A stretch of 64,000 bases of DNA, from NCBI RefSeq assembly GCF_006345805.1, contig NC_043010.1, positions 59,520,001 through 59,584,000 on the forward strand, in the 5' to 3' direction. The notes under the pieces were generated by a model that saw only the letters and a program-made list of their open reading frames with translations, did no database searches and had not been told where the DNA came from. This stretch comes from Octopus sinensis. Lineage: Eukaryota. This document shows, piece after piece, positions 12,491 through 24,885 of this stretch (the stretch's first letter is position 1; each line of letters opens with the position of its first letter). The translations under genes and the position numbers were made by a program.

Positions 12491-13035
12491 GAGAGAGTTG
12501 GTTTAGAAATAGGTCAGACATACACACACTAACTGTTATTGTCAATATTGTATTTACATTTTAAATTACACAAACATTAACAACATCAGCCATATTTTGT
12601 TAATATAACCTCTCTGTTCTAAGGATTTCTATGTCAGTCTCTCTCCACATCAGACATGTTGGTGTTATATAGACTTATCATGGCTGACTGTTAGTGGAGC
12701 TGATAGTTTGTTGTCCCTCTCTTTTCATTGTGAGGGAAAACACATCAAGTCTGAGTGAGGCTGGAGTAAGCATCACCCATCTCTCCTCCTCTCTCTGTCT
12801 GTTTGTCTCTCTCTCACTCACACCCATGCACACACTCACTAAACACCACCCATCCACAGAGGAAGACTTGAGAGGGAACTGCTGGTTCCCACTGACTCAC
12901 CACCAACACTATTCCATCAACATGAAGCCATTGTCACACCATAGCAGCAGTGACACAGACAACCATTAACAACAGAACATTGGGACCAAGTCACAGTTTA
13001 TACAACAAAGGATTTTACACACAATGAGGGTAAGT
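12491..13035 (+). promoter_or_regulatory. Promoter core plus leader exon 1 of P3
   Basis: Same conserved block; ATG AGG 13024-13029, GTAAGT at 13030. Confidence 0.7.
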
Positions 13036-14872
13036 CTATCATTCCCTATTATTTGTCCAATGATGTGAAATGAATCATGTCATATACAGCTATATTGTAA
13101 AGCCAAAAGTAATATTCTGATGGTGGCCATATTAGATCTGTCTTTGTTCTCTCTTAGAAGTAAATTCATTAAGTTCTTATTTTTGAGTTCAATAACCGTT
13201 AAATGTAAATAACTTATTTATTGTAAGATACTGTATAATAGGTGATTTTATTTAATGTTACTTAATACTCAAGCAAAATATACTCTGTTACATTCGTTAA
13301 AGTCTAAAGTATTCACCTTTAACATTGTCTCATTTTAATGGAATTATGCACAAATATAAAGAAGAACAGGTTTCCTTTCTATAGTTTATTATTTGCTTAA
13401 CACTACACTTGTTTATTCTAAGTGGATTAATTGTTCATGTATTAAATAAATGAGTGAAGTTATGAATAATCATTGTTTTAGTGAATTCTTATTGTGTAAG
13501 CATATTTGCAAAATATTGAAATTGTAGTGAGACTTGACATAGATGTTATGAAAAATGGCATATATTATTTTTGAGAGGAGATTTATTGAATTGAAAATGT
13601 CGCACATATTTTATGATCTGTGTAGAATATATAAATCTGAATTGCTTAGCATTAAGCCTATGATATGGTATCATTACTGTATAATATGGATTATAATATC
13701 GAACAGATTTAAATCTCTAATTTTATTAACAGAATGGGACTCATTAAAATTATGAAATTTTTACTATTCTTCGTTTAATACCCTAGTTATGATATTGCTT
13801 TCAACATTGTCTTGATATGATATAAGGTGTATACAGTAGAATTAAACTTTTTTCTACAATAAATTATGTAATTTCTATGAAGTGTGTGTGAGTGAGTGTG
13901 TGTGTGTGTGTGAGTGAGAATGTGTATGTGTGTGTGTGTGTGTTGAAGGGAGACAATTCTAAACTCCACTATTTCGGATGTAATCATTTCTGTTTCAGTA
14001 ATTCCTTGTTTTGGCATTTTTCTTTTTATTAAAATCTGATTCTAATTCAATAGTTATAGTTTTAAGTTTTCACATAAAATACATATCATACATGTTGTGG
14101 TTTGCTTCAGTTTTCCGTAGAAATCCATCTAAAATTGGTAACTACTATCTCATTTGCAGTTACAATTTATGTGATCTATCTTAGTACTAGATATGAGCGT
14201 GCTTACTTCAGACATTTATCTGAAATTAGTTGCCTCTGCTATGTTAAATCTCGTCAGTTGACCAAAATATAAATACTAGAATTTCTTCTGCGAGCTAAAA
14301 TGTATAAAAAGAAAGTTAAAATAAATGTGCTAATGTAAATAGATCATTTCAAAAAACAATTCTACAAATACATCGTATTATAAATTGTGTAAGCTTTGTT
14401 CTTTTCAAGTGTCTGTTACAGTACAAACAAATTGATGTGTCCTACCCACTGTACCCAATCCTCTGTACCAATTATATACTCCTCCCTGTAGCTTTACTTC
14501 CTGACACAACTTCATCATCTCCTCTCCCTCTCTTCTCTTTTCCTAGCTAAAGTAGACATGTACCTCCTCTACTGTAAGACACCTGTTTTTGTCCCTCTGT
14601 CATTCTCTAACCTCTCACCACATGGAACAAAGCCATTTCCATCAATACTACTTCTCCAACTCAGTTGAGGGGTCTTGTCTTACTAGGTACTTGGTGACAT
14701 CTAAGAACTACCCAGTATGCTCTAAAATGGTTGGTGTTAGGAAGGGCATCTAGCTATTGGAACTATGTCAGAGCAGATGGTTGAGCTTGGTGCAGTCTTC
14801 TGCCTTGCTACCTACTGTCAAGTACCAACATGAAATGTGGATGTTAAATGATAATGTTTTCATGAATGTAAA

Positions 14873-14907
<35 letters not shown>

Positions 14908-14956
14908 ACTGGAGTCTATTCACTTTTTGTTAATCTCCTAATTAATTTTGTTTCAG

Positions 14957-17358
14957 ATGAACAAATTGTGTTCTCCTTATCCCTGGATACTGTCAAGAAC
15001 AGAAATGTTATGTCTGTATGTATTACTGACTTTCTTTCACTTTTCCCTAAGTGAAGATATCACATACCATGTTGAAGAAGAGAATAGTCCCTATACCTAT
15101 GTAGGGGACATTGCTACAGACCTACAGAAATCAGACAGCTCCTTCTTAAAGAATAAGGATTTAATTACATTTAGTCAACTACAACAAAAGGGAGAACAGT
15201 TGTTCAATGTGACGAGAACAGGTAAACTGTACACTGTTGAGACATTGGATGCTGAGTCTGTGTGTAGTTATGAGAAAGAATGTTTTGAAATCGTTAAAGT
15301 TGCTGTTCACAAATCCAAGACATTTATGAAGATCTTAAAGATTAAAGTCATAATAGAAGACATCAATGACCACCAACCTGAGTTTCCAACTGAAGAAGTC
15401 AACATTCAGTTTTCAGAGAGAGATAGTAAAGGATCAAAACTATCAATACCCAATGCTGTTGATAAAGATATGGGTAATAAAAATAGTTTAATTAAGTATG
15501 AATTACATGACAACGAAGGGCAATTTTCATTAAGTGTTTCTAAAGAAGCAGATGGAATTTCCACTTTAGAAATTATTTTAGAAGATAAATTAGACAGAGA
15601 AAAGAAGGACAGTTACAATATTGAAGTCATTGCTAAAGATGGAGGAACTCCACCAAAACAATCTGTTTTAAATGTTAAAATATCTGTGGAAGATGAAAAT
15701 GATAATAAACCACAATTTTCTCAAAGTATCTACAATGTTTCTATAGAACATAAACATAAAAAGAATATTCCAGTAGTCACATTATCTGCCAATGACTTAG
15801 ATATTGGCAGGAATGGTAAAATATCTTTCTATTTTAGTCAGAAAACTGATGAAAAAATAAAAGAATACTTTCATTTAGATGAAAGTACTGGGAAGTTATT
15901 TCTTGAAAAGCCTATAAATTTTGGTAAGAAAGAATCATTTAAATTATATGTGAAAGCCAAAGATAATGGAATTCCTCCTCTGAGTTCCATTGCAATAATT
16001 CAGATAAATGTTATCAACCAACACAACAATCCCCCAAATATTGATGTGAACTTTATTTCTACACAGAATCACAACACAGCTACCATTCTGGAAGACATCA
16101 AAGTTGGTAGTTTCATTGCTTATGTGATGGTCACTGACAATGATGTTGGACACAATGGACAGGTGAACTGTCATATCAAAGACAACACATTCAAACTACA
16201 GTCAATGGGATCGAAGGAATATAAAATAGTTCTAAAGAAAGCAGTAGACAGAGAGACACAGGAACATTATCACTTTACTGTGTCGTGTGAAGATAAAGGA
16301 TTACCTGCTCTGAAAACTGATAAAGATCTGTCAATCCAAGTGTTGGATGTGAATGATGTAGAACCACACTTTACGAAAGACACATTCAAGTTCCTTACCT
16401 ATGAGAATGACAAAGCTAATTTCCCTATTGGCTTTATCAATGCTACAGACCCAGATATTGGTAAGGGAGGTGAATTGTCTTATTCTCTGAGAAATAAACA
16501 GCAATATCGTCTGCCATTCCAGATTATCAACTCTGGCTTTATTTCAACAAACCAGTCTTTAGACAGAGAACACAGAGATTTCTATGAGTTTGAGGTTTTG
16601 TGAAAGACAATGGAAGCCCATCTCTGAATAACACAGTGAATGTTGAAGTGGAAGTATTGGATAGAAATGATAATGCTCCATATTTTACATTTCCTAGTGT
16701 TGACCCTTTCACTCTTAATGTCCACTATCATCCGCAAAGTAAGAACGACATCACAGTTCTGAAAGCATCTGATATAGACAGTCACATGAATGCTTTTCTC
16801 AGGTATGAAATCGTTTCAGGTAACGAGAGACAGTTATTTAAACTGGATTCGTTCACTGGTGTGTTATCTTACTCTCGCACAGTTTACCAAAATGATGCCG
16901 GATCATATGAGCTTGAGTTTGTTGTGAAAGACAGTGGTACTCCAGTTCTGTCAGCAACAACTAGTGTGTCTTTGACACTGACTGTTAGTAACAAGACGTC
17001 ACCAATGTTCACAGCTGTGCACCTACCAAGTGATAACACCATAGATGCGACATTGTTGATTATCATTGTAGTAGCAGCTGTGATAGTATCTATAGCTATT
17101 GTGGTTTCTATAACCCTGTGTATTGTGAGATGTAACAATGTGAGAAATAGCTCATCTGAAAGAACAGCAGAAGAGAAACAGGCATACCAATGTCGCAATG
17201 AGATGAGACAGTTGATCTATCAAGGTAACAACAGTGTACCTGTGATGTCAGGTAATCGAGGAGAGATGTCAGAGAGATATGGTCACTCGAGGAGCCATTA
17301 CTATCCTGAAGATTGGAAGACGTCAACAATGAGCAGAAGTCTTCAAAAGTCCACAAAG
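14957..17358 (+). CDS. PCDH: Protocadherin P3 large exon; one 1-nt deletion (T4 at 16596-16599), probably an assembly error
   Basis: ORFs 14948-16603 and 16600-17403; acceptor tttcag 14956; donor AAG|gtaagt 17358/17359. Confidence 0.93.
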
Positions 17359-18227
17359 GTAAGTCTTATTCCAATTATCAATCTTGCAGTATATAGCATT
17401 TAATTAAAAATGATCAAGTTTATTAATTTATATCAGAATCACTGTTCCTTGATGATTGGTAGTATTTAATTTCCAAATGTATTTAATATGAAATATGCCA
17501 TGTTGAAAAATTACTTTTGTGATGTATTGATGAGAAATACATTTTGCCCTGCGCATGTTACAAGTTATTTGATGTTTAATGAATCTCTAGCAATTCTACC
17601 ACAACAAGAATCAAAGATGCTTTCATACGTTGTAGGTTATGAATCTCTTTAATCACAGTCAAAAATGAGTAGACTTAGTAATGAGTTGACATAGATATTG
17701 TTGAAATTGTTTACAGCTATGTGCACTGTCTGAGTGAGAATTCAAGGTATATAGCGTGTGTGCATGTGTAGGTTCAAATAGGGTAATAGGAAACAATTGA
17801 CTGAGAATTGGAAGTTGTCTTGATATTTTTCAGTTTTCTCACTTTATATAAAGTTAAGTTAATCCTTTAATGCCTCTGTTTCAATTCATCTCATGATAAA
17901 TGTATCTGGACGTTAATAGTAGACAATTACGGTTTTGATTCTTTATCGAATATGTACACTTCTTTTAATATGGAGTGATCACTAATTTCACTAGTGTCAT
18001 CATTGAGTTTTTAGTAATTTCTCTCTTGTTTTATCTTGGAACATTGTCATATTTCAAATAAATTACCTTGTATAAGCCTGTGTTACATTTTACTAATTGA
18101 AGTGATAAATGCACAAGCTGCCCTATTTTATCAGACAGAAACTATTTTATTCAATATTAGATATAGGACTGTCAGTCATAAATGTTATCTGTATAATATG
18201 TCTTGTTACTATTGTATTTTACAGCAG

Positions 18228-18378
18228 AAATACAGTCAACCCATTGAGGTGACATCTTATGGAGACAACAGACCATCTTCTCACTATCCCACTGACACAT
18301 TGACCAGTCGTAAGAGCAGTGGACAGTGCTGGAGTGAGCGGTCAAGTAGACAGTATGAAGAAATACCAGCAATGTCAG
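18228..18378 (+). CDS. PCDH: P3 exon 3
   Basis: ttttacagcag acceptor (alt 18225), 151 nt. Confidence 0.9.
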
Positions 18379-18677
18379 GTACAACACTTTCGTTTACCTA
18401 TCTTAATTGGTATATTTGTCATTTTCCCCAATGATATCTTTTGGAGTGAGCCCTAAACGAACACTATGATAATTTTATTTATTAGTTTAATTGTCATTTG
18501 ATGTGCTGAAGTTTGTACAGATCTATTGTATAGTGAGGTATTAATCCCTGTATAATAGTTGTTTTGTAGATTATTGCATAGAAGAGAAGAGAATATTGAC
18601 CAAAGCCTGTCAGTAAATACTTATTGTCTTTATGTACCATACGATAAGTTCAGTTGATGTATATATGTGTGTTTCAG

Positions 18678-18799
18678 GAATCTATGGTGGTGCCCCACCC
18701 GATGTATCAAGCACCAGTGAGAGAGACCATTACCAAGACAGATATGTGAAACCTCCAGAGAGACAGTTACCTTCAACACCAGATGTTGTTGTCAGTTAA
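18678..18799 (+). CDS. PCDH: P3 terminal exon 4
   Basis: gtttcag acceptor, 122 nt to TAA. Confidence 0.9.
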
Positions 18800-18998
18800 G
18801 TGAGACTGAGAAAGGAACACAACAGAAATAATATCACCTTCAACATTCACACAACATTTAAGACAACAGAAATATATTAGTTAGTAAATAATATTGCCCA
18901 CATATGACTGAATATCTTTGTATGTGTTTGAGACAAAGTATTTGAAATGTGTACATCTGGGGTAGGTTTCTGCAGATAAAACTGATATAGCATCAATT

Positions 18999-19122
18999 AA
19001 TAATAATAATAATAATAGTAATAATAATAATTGTGTACAGTGCTCAGGTGCACTACAACTCATCTAAAGTGTATATATAATCAGGTGTAGTTTCGGCGGA
19101 TTTCTGAAAGCATGAGGGCCTT
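18999..19122 (-). mobile_element. Severely 5'-truncated CR1-like LINE 3' end with (TTA)n tail
   Basis: Matches 47161-47277; absent from the duplicated sister region near 27360. Confidence 0.8.
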
Positions 19123-19342
19123 GTTCTGATTAATCAATTCACAACACTCTATTGTTAGGTAAACGAAAGGTAAATGCAATATTGGAAGAAATCATTGATA
19201 TATATTCCTCCCAGTGAAGTAAAGTTTGACATTAAAAAATGTTTTCAAGAAATTAATATCAACAACTTTATGATGTAAAATGCCTCCATTACATTTTAAA
19301 TATAAATATAGTTTACATGGCAGCCTTAAATTTGCTAAAAAG

Positions 19343-19869
19343 GAGATTTAGTTTAGAATTAGGTCAGACACACACTAACTGTTATTGTCAATATTGTATT
19401 TACATTTTAAATTACACACACATTAACAACATCAGCCATATTTTGTTAATATAACCTCTCTGTTCTAAGGATTTCTATGTCAGTCTCTCTCCACATCAGA
19501 CATGTTGGTGTTATATAGACTTATCATGGCTGACTGTTAGTGGAGCTGATAGTTTGTTGTCCCTCTCTTTTCATTGTGAGGGAAAACACATCAAGTGTGA
19601 GTGAGGCTGGAGTGAGCATCACCCATCTCTCTTCCTCTCTCTGTCTCTCACTCACACCCATGCACACACTCACTAAACACCACACATCCACAGAGGAAGA
19701 CTTGAGAGGGAACTGCTGGTTCCCACTGACTCACCACCAACACTATTCCATCAACATGAAGCCATTGTCACACCATAGCAGCAGTGACACAGACAACCAT
19801 TAACAACAGAACATTGGGACCAAGTCACAGTTTATACAACAAAGGATTTTACACACAATGAAGGTAAGT
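19343..19869 (+). promoter_or_regulatory. Promoter core plus leader exon 1 of P4
   Basis: Conserved block; ATG AAG 19858-19863, GTAAGT at 19864. Confidence 0.7.
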
Positions 19870-20459
19870 TTATTGTTCAATATTATTTATTCAAATTACG
19901 TGAAATAATGATTTCATATGTAGCCTTCCTGTAATATCAAAATATAATATTCTGATGGTGGCCATATTAGATCTGTGTCAGTTCATATTGAATGTCTTCT
20001 TTTCAGACATGGCTGTTGAATATTTTGATAACAGCTCTAGGAAAAGAAAAACTGTTTAGGAATATAATGTCCATTATTTCAATATACTATATTTTTAATG
20101 TTCCCAGGTTTTCATGTACTTGTTTCCTTATTCTTATCTAGTTTCTTCTAAATGATTGTGTACTGATAAATTGATACAGACATTTTATAGGAATTTCTCT
20201 GAAATATCTCGGTGGCAGACTATTTCCATATGTATGAAATTATAGTAATAATATAATAAAATATATTATAAAACTAACATTTGACTGTGTAGTAACAAGA
20301 AAGAAAAGTATGAATAAAAATTGATATGGATATTGTTGTATGTATTTTTATGTGTTTTATGATGTTTAAGTGTGTGTGTGTGTGTTTGTTTGTCTAAATA
20401 CATTAATTGGTTAATTTCTGTATATCTCGTCTTGTATCATTATTACTTCTTTCATTTAA

Positions 20460-20661
20460 GGCAGGGAACTGGCTGAATCATTAGCATGCCAGATGAAATG
20501 CTTAGTGGCATTTTGGCTGTCTTTACATTCTGAGTTCAATTTCCACCAAGGCCAACATTACCCTTCATCTTAATGGGGTCAGTTATACAAGTGCCACTTG
20601 AACACTGGGGTTGATGTAAATGACTAGCTCCCTATCCCCAAATTTCAGGCCCTGTGCCTAC
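20460..20661 (+). mobile_element. SINE (ggcgagctggcagaat...cctttcatcc...gataaa family)
   Basis: Same family at 28707, 44274, 50888, 57170, 61779 and 62022. Confidence 0.75.
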
Positions 20662-21009
20662 AATAGTAAAGATTATTAGTCCTTACATTTATAAATTTCA
20701 GATTCATCTACCTAGGATTATTTCTAAGCTAATGAACCATACCTGATGTGTGAAACCTAAAAAATTATTGGTATGATATTCATCATAATCGGATATTTTA
20801 AAAAATGTCATCTTAAGCATGTCCTTTATTAATTTAGTGTAGGGTTGTTTTACAAAATTTAAGAAATAGTCACTTGTAAATTTTTGTAAAGTTATACACT
20901 AATTACTTATAGAACTATATTTTTTGAAGGTTAAGACAGGAATATGTCACATCATTAAATATAGTTTTATCAGGAATTAGTGTAGAATGTAACTTCCAAA
21001 AAAATTACA

Positions 21010-21155
21010 AGTGGTTGGTGTTAGGAAGGGCATCCAGCTGTAAAAATTCTGCCTAAACAGTCACAGAAGTCTGGTGCAGGCTCTTGTGGTACCATCCCAC
21101 CTGTGCTAGCATGGAAGATGGACGTTATAAACGATGATGATGATAATGATGATGA
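21010..21155 (+). mobile_element. SINE/RTE-tail repeat ending in (GAT)n
   Basis: ggttggtgttaggaagggcatccagctgt...gctagcatggaagatggacgt...(gat)n; sister at 29378-29520. Confidence 0.7.
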
Positions 21156-22482
21156 TATCCTTGCCATTACTATGTTATTGCAATATAACTGGAACTGAAT
21201 GATAGATACTGTAATATAAAAAGGCCATATTGATTGATAATGATTTAATTTTATGGTTGAAAAGTGAATATTTGTTTGGTTTCCATAACTTCATTTCACT
21301 AAATGACTTTTCTAAATTTGTCATTTAAATAGCTTCTAGTTTATATCTTCTCTTTTCTGGAATATCTGCTTCTTAATATTATCATAGTGTTATGTGAATG
21401 ATGACCAGATGTCCATCTTTGGTGCCATTATAACCGTCAGACAACTTGTATGTGGTTTGAATTTATATTTTGTTTTTCATCTCTTCTGTTTTATTAGAAT
21501 TGTTGTAACCACATATTCCTGTCTTCAACTTTACCCTTTCCATGTCTGACAATGGTTTCCTGACTATTACATTATTTGTAGTATACTAATATTTTTTAAA
21601 CAATGTCACATCAACAAATATAGTTTTATCAGTAATTAATGTACAATAAAACAACAGAACAACATTGAATTTATTGCACACATGCACAAATACACTCTTC
21701 CCCACTTATGTATTCTACTGTGTTCTTGTGAATTACGTCGAGTTATTTGCAGAACGGCGTTACCGATAATTATTTTACATATATTTACATTTTCATTCGG
21801 GGACCAAAGAAATAAGAGAAACTCAATGCAAAATAATTTCGTTTGCTGGTGGTAATCCTGTTCAAGGGAGCGAACTCAATTTCGGCTGTATAACTGAAGG
21901 AAACATTATTTTCCCATTAGGCTATAAACAAAATGTTTAATTATTTTGTCATATTTTATAATTCTTCGTGAAGTATGTAATGTCTATGTTGAAGTGTCAG
22001 CAACTTGTATAATTTTTTTTTAATCAGTTAATTATTTTGAGAGTATGGGAATATGGTGGTTATTATCTTTATGAAGTTTGGACAATTGGAGCAGTTTTAT
22101 AATGAATATAACTTTGAACAATATTCTATAAGATTAATTACAATTAATTATTAGAATAAGAAACTGGGCTGTTTAAGTAGTCACAAGTTATCTGCCTTAT
22201 GAGAAGAACCTGTTAAATCATATGAATTAATTGTCCAAATTATTGCCTTCTCATTATTATTGCAAAGACAATTCCAGATAAGTAAAGATCTTCAACTTGC
22301 CATAAAATATATGGCAGACAATGTATATTTAGTGAGCAGTAAGTTCCCCCTGGGATACTTTACTTCAGTCCTACTTTTGGTATGTTTTCTTATTAGAAGG
22401 AGATTATTTATTCATTACTAAAATAGTTTTCACAAAATATTTTAAATTTCTTCCCATTACAAGCTATCTATTTATTTTACAG

Positions 22483-24885
22483 ATTAATAATGTGAATCTG
22501 CCAAATTCCTGGACATCACGACCAGAGATGCTGTTGTGTCTCTGTATTTTATTGACTTTTTCTCATTGTTATTCAAGTGAAGATATCACATATCATGTTG
22601 AAGAAGAGAATAGTCCCTATACCTATGTAGGGGACATTGCTACTGACCTACAGAAATCAGACAGCTCCTTCTTAAAGAATAAGGATTTAATTACATTTAG
22701 TCAACTACAACAAAAGGGAGAACAGTTGTTCAATGTGACGAGAACAGGTAAACTGTACACTGTTGAGACATTGGATGCTGAGTCTGTGTGTAGTTATGAG
22801 AAAGAATGTTTTGAAATCGTTAAAGTTGCTGTTCACAAATCCAAGACATTTATGAAGATCTTAAAGATTAAAGTCATAATAGAAGACATCAATGACCACC
22901 AACCTGAGTTTCCAACTGAAGAAGTCAACATCCAATTTTCAGAGAGAGATGGTAAAGGATCAAAACTATCAATACCCAATGCTGTTGATAAAGATATGGG
23001 TTATAAAAATAGTTTAATTACATATGAATTAAAAAAGGAAGATCAGTATTTCTCTTTACTAGTTGCCAAACATACTAATGGAATATTAACATTGGGAATT
23101 ATTTTAGAAGAGAAATTAGACAGAGAAAAGAAGGACAGTTACAATATTGAAGTCATTGCTAAAGATGGAGGAACTCCACCAAAAGAATCTGTTTTAAATG
23201 TTAAAATATCTGTAAGAGATGAAAATGATAATACACCTCTCTTTTCGCAAAGTATTTACAATGTCTCTATTGAACATAAACATAAAAAGAATATTCCAGT
23301 CGTCACATTATCTGCCAGTGATTTAGATATTGGCAGGAATGGTAAAATATCATATTACTTTGCCAGGAAAACTGCTGAGAAAATGAAGAGACATTTTAAT
23401 TTAGATGAAAATACTGGGAAATTATATTTAGCTACATCTTCAGAAATTGATAAGGATGAATCTTTAAAATTATACATTGAAGCCAGAGATGATGGCAGTC
23501 CTCCACTGAGCTCCGTAGCAATAATTCAGATAAATGTTATCAATGAACACAACAATCCCCCAAATATTGATGTGAATTTTATTTCTACACAGAATCACAA
23601 CACAGCTACCATTCTGGAAGACATCAAAGTTGGTAGTTTCATTGCTTATGTGATGGTCACTGACAATGATGTTGGACACAATGGACAGGTGAACTGTCAT
23701 ATCAAAGACAACACATTCAAACTACAGTCAATGGGATCGAAGGAATATAAAATAGTTCTAAAGAAAGCAGTAGACAGAGAGACACAGGAACATTATCACT
23801 TTACTGTGTCGTGTGAAGATAAAGGATTACCTGCTCTGAAAACTGATAAAGATCTGTCAATCCAAGTGTTGGATGTGAATGATGTAGAACCACACTTTAC
23901 GAAAGACACATTCAAGTTCCTTACCTATGAGAATGACAAAGCTAATTTCCCTATTGGCTTTATCAATGCTACAGACCCAGATATTGGTAAGGGAGGTGAA
24001 TTGTTTTATTCTCTGAGAAATAAACAGCAATATCGTCTGCCATTCCAGATTATCAACTCTGGCTTTATTTCAACAAACCAGTCTTTAGACAGAGAACACA
24101 GAGATTTCTATGAGTTTGAGGTTTTTGTGAAAGACAATGGAAGCCCATCTCTGAATAACACAGTGAATGTTGAAGTGGAAGTATTGGATAGAAATGATAA
24201 TGCTCCATATTTTACATTTCCTAGTGTTGACCATTTCACTCTTAATGTCCACTATCATCCGCAAAGTAAGAACGACATCACAGTTCTGAAAGCATCTGAT
24301 ATAGACAGTCACATGAATGCTTTTCTCAGGTACGAAATCGTTTCAGGTAACGAGAGACAGTTATTTAAACTGGATTCGTTCACTGGTGTGTTATCTTACT
24401 CTCGCACAGTTTACCAAAATGATGCCGGATCATATGAGCTTGAGTTTGTTGTGAAAGACAGTGGTACTCCAGTTCTGTCAGCAACAACTAGTGTGTCTTT
24501 GACACTGACTGTTAGTAACAAGACGTCACCAATGTTCACAGCTGTGCACCTACCAAGTGATAACACAATAGATGCGACATTGTTGATTATCATTGTAGTA
24601 GCAGCTGTGATAGTATCTATAGCTATTGTGGTTTCTATAACCCTGTGTATTGTGAGATGTAACAATGTGAGAAATAGCTCATCTGAAAGAACAGCAGAAG
24701 AGAAACAGGCATACCAATGTCGCAATGAGATGAGACAGTTGATCTATCAAGGTAACAACAGTGTACCTGTGATGTCAGGTAATCGAGGAGAGATGTCAGA
24801 CAGATACGGTCATTCGAGGAGCCATTACTATCCTGAAGACTGGAAGACATCGACAATGAGCAGATCACTTCAGAAGTCTACAAAG
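22483..24885 (+). CDS. PCDH: Protocadherin P4 large exon, intact (EC1 22579-22911, EC2 22912-23244, EC3 23245-23568, then EC4-EC6, TM)
   Basis: 817-aa ORF 22492-24945; acceptor ttttacag 22482; signal ATG 22528; EC1 Cys-X5-Cys (CSYEKEC); donor AAG|gtaagc 24885/24886; exon length 2403 (multiple of 3). Confidence 0.97.

Noticed and set aside
1267-17358. P1, P2 and P3 (and P7 near 52665) as frameshifted pseudogenes
   Set aside because: The lesions are mostly 1-nt indels, often in homopolymers, with no accompanying substitutions or nonsense changes. The same T5 run is T6 in P2 (9749) and T4 in P3 (16596). This pattern fits unpolished long-read error. P1, with many indels, cannot be fully cleared without raw reads.
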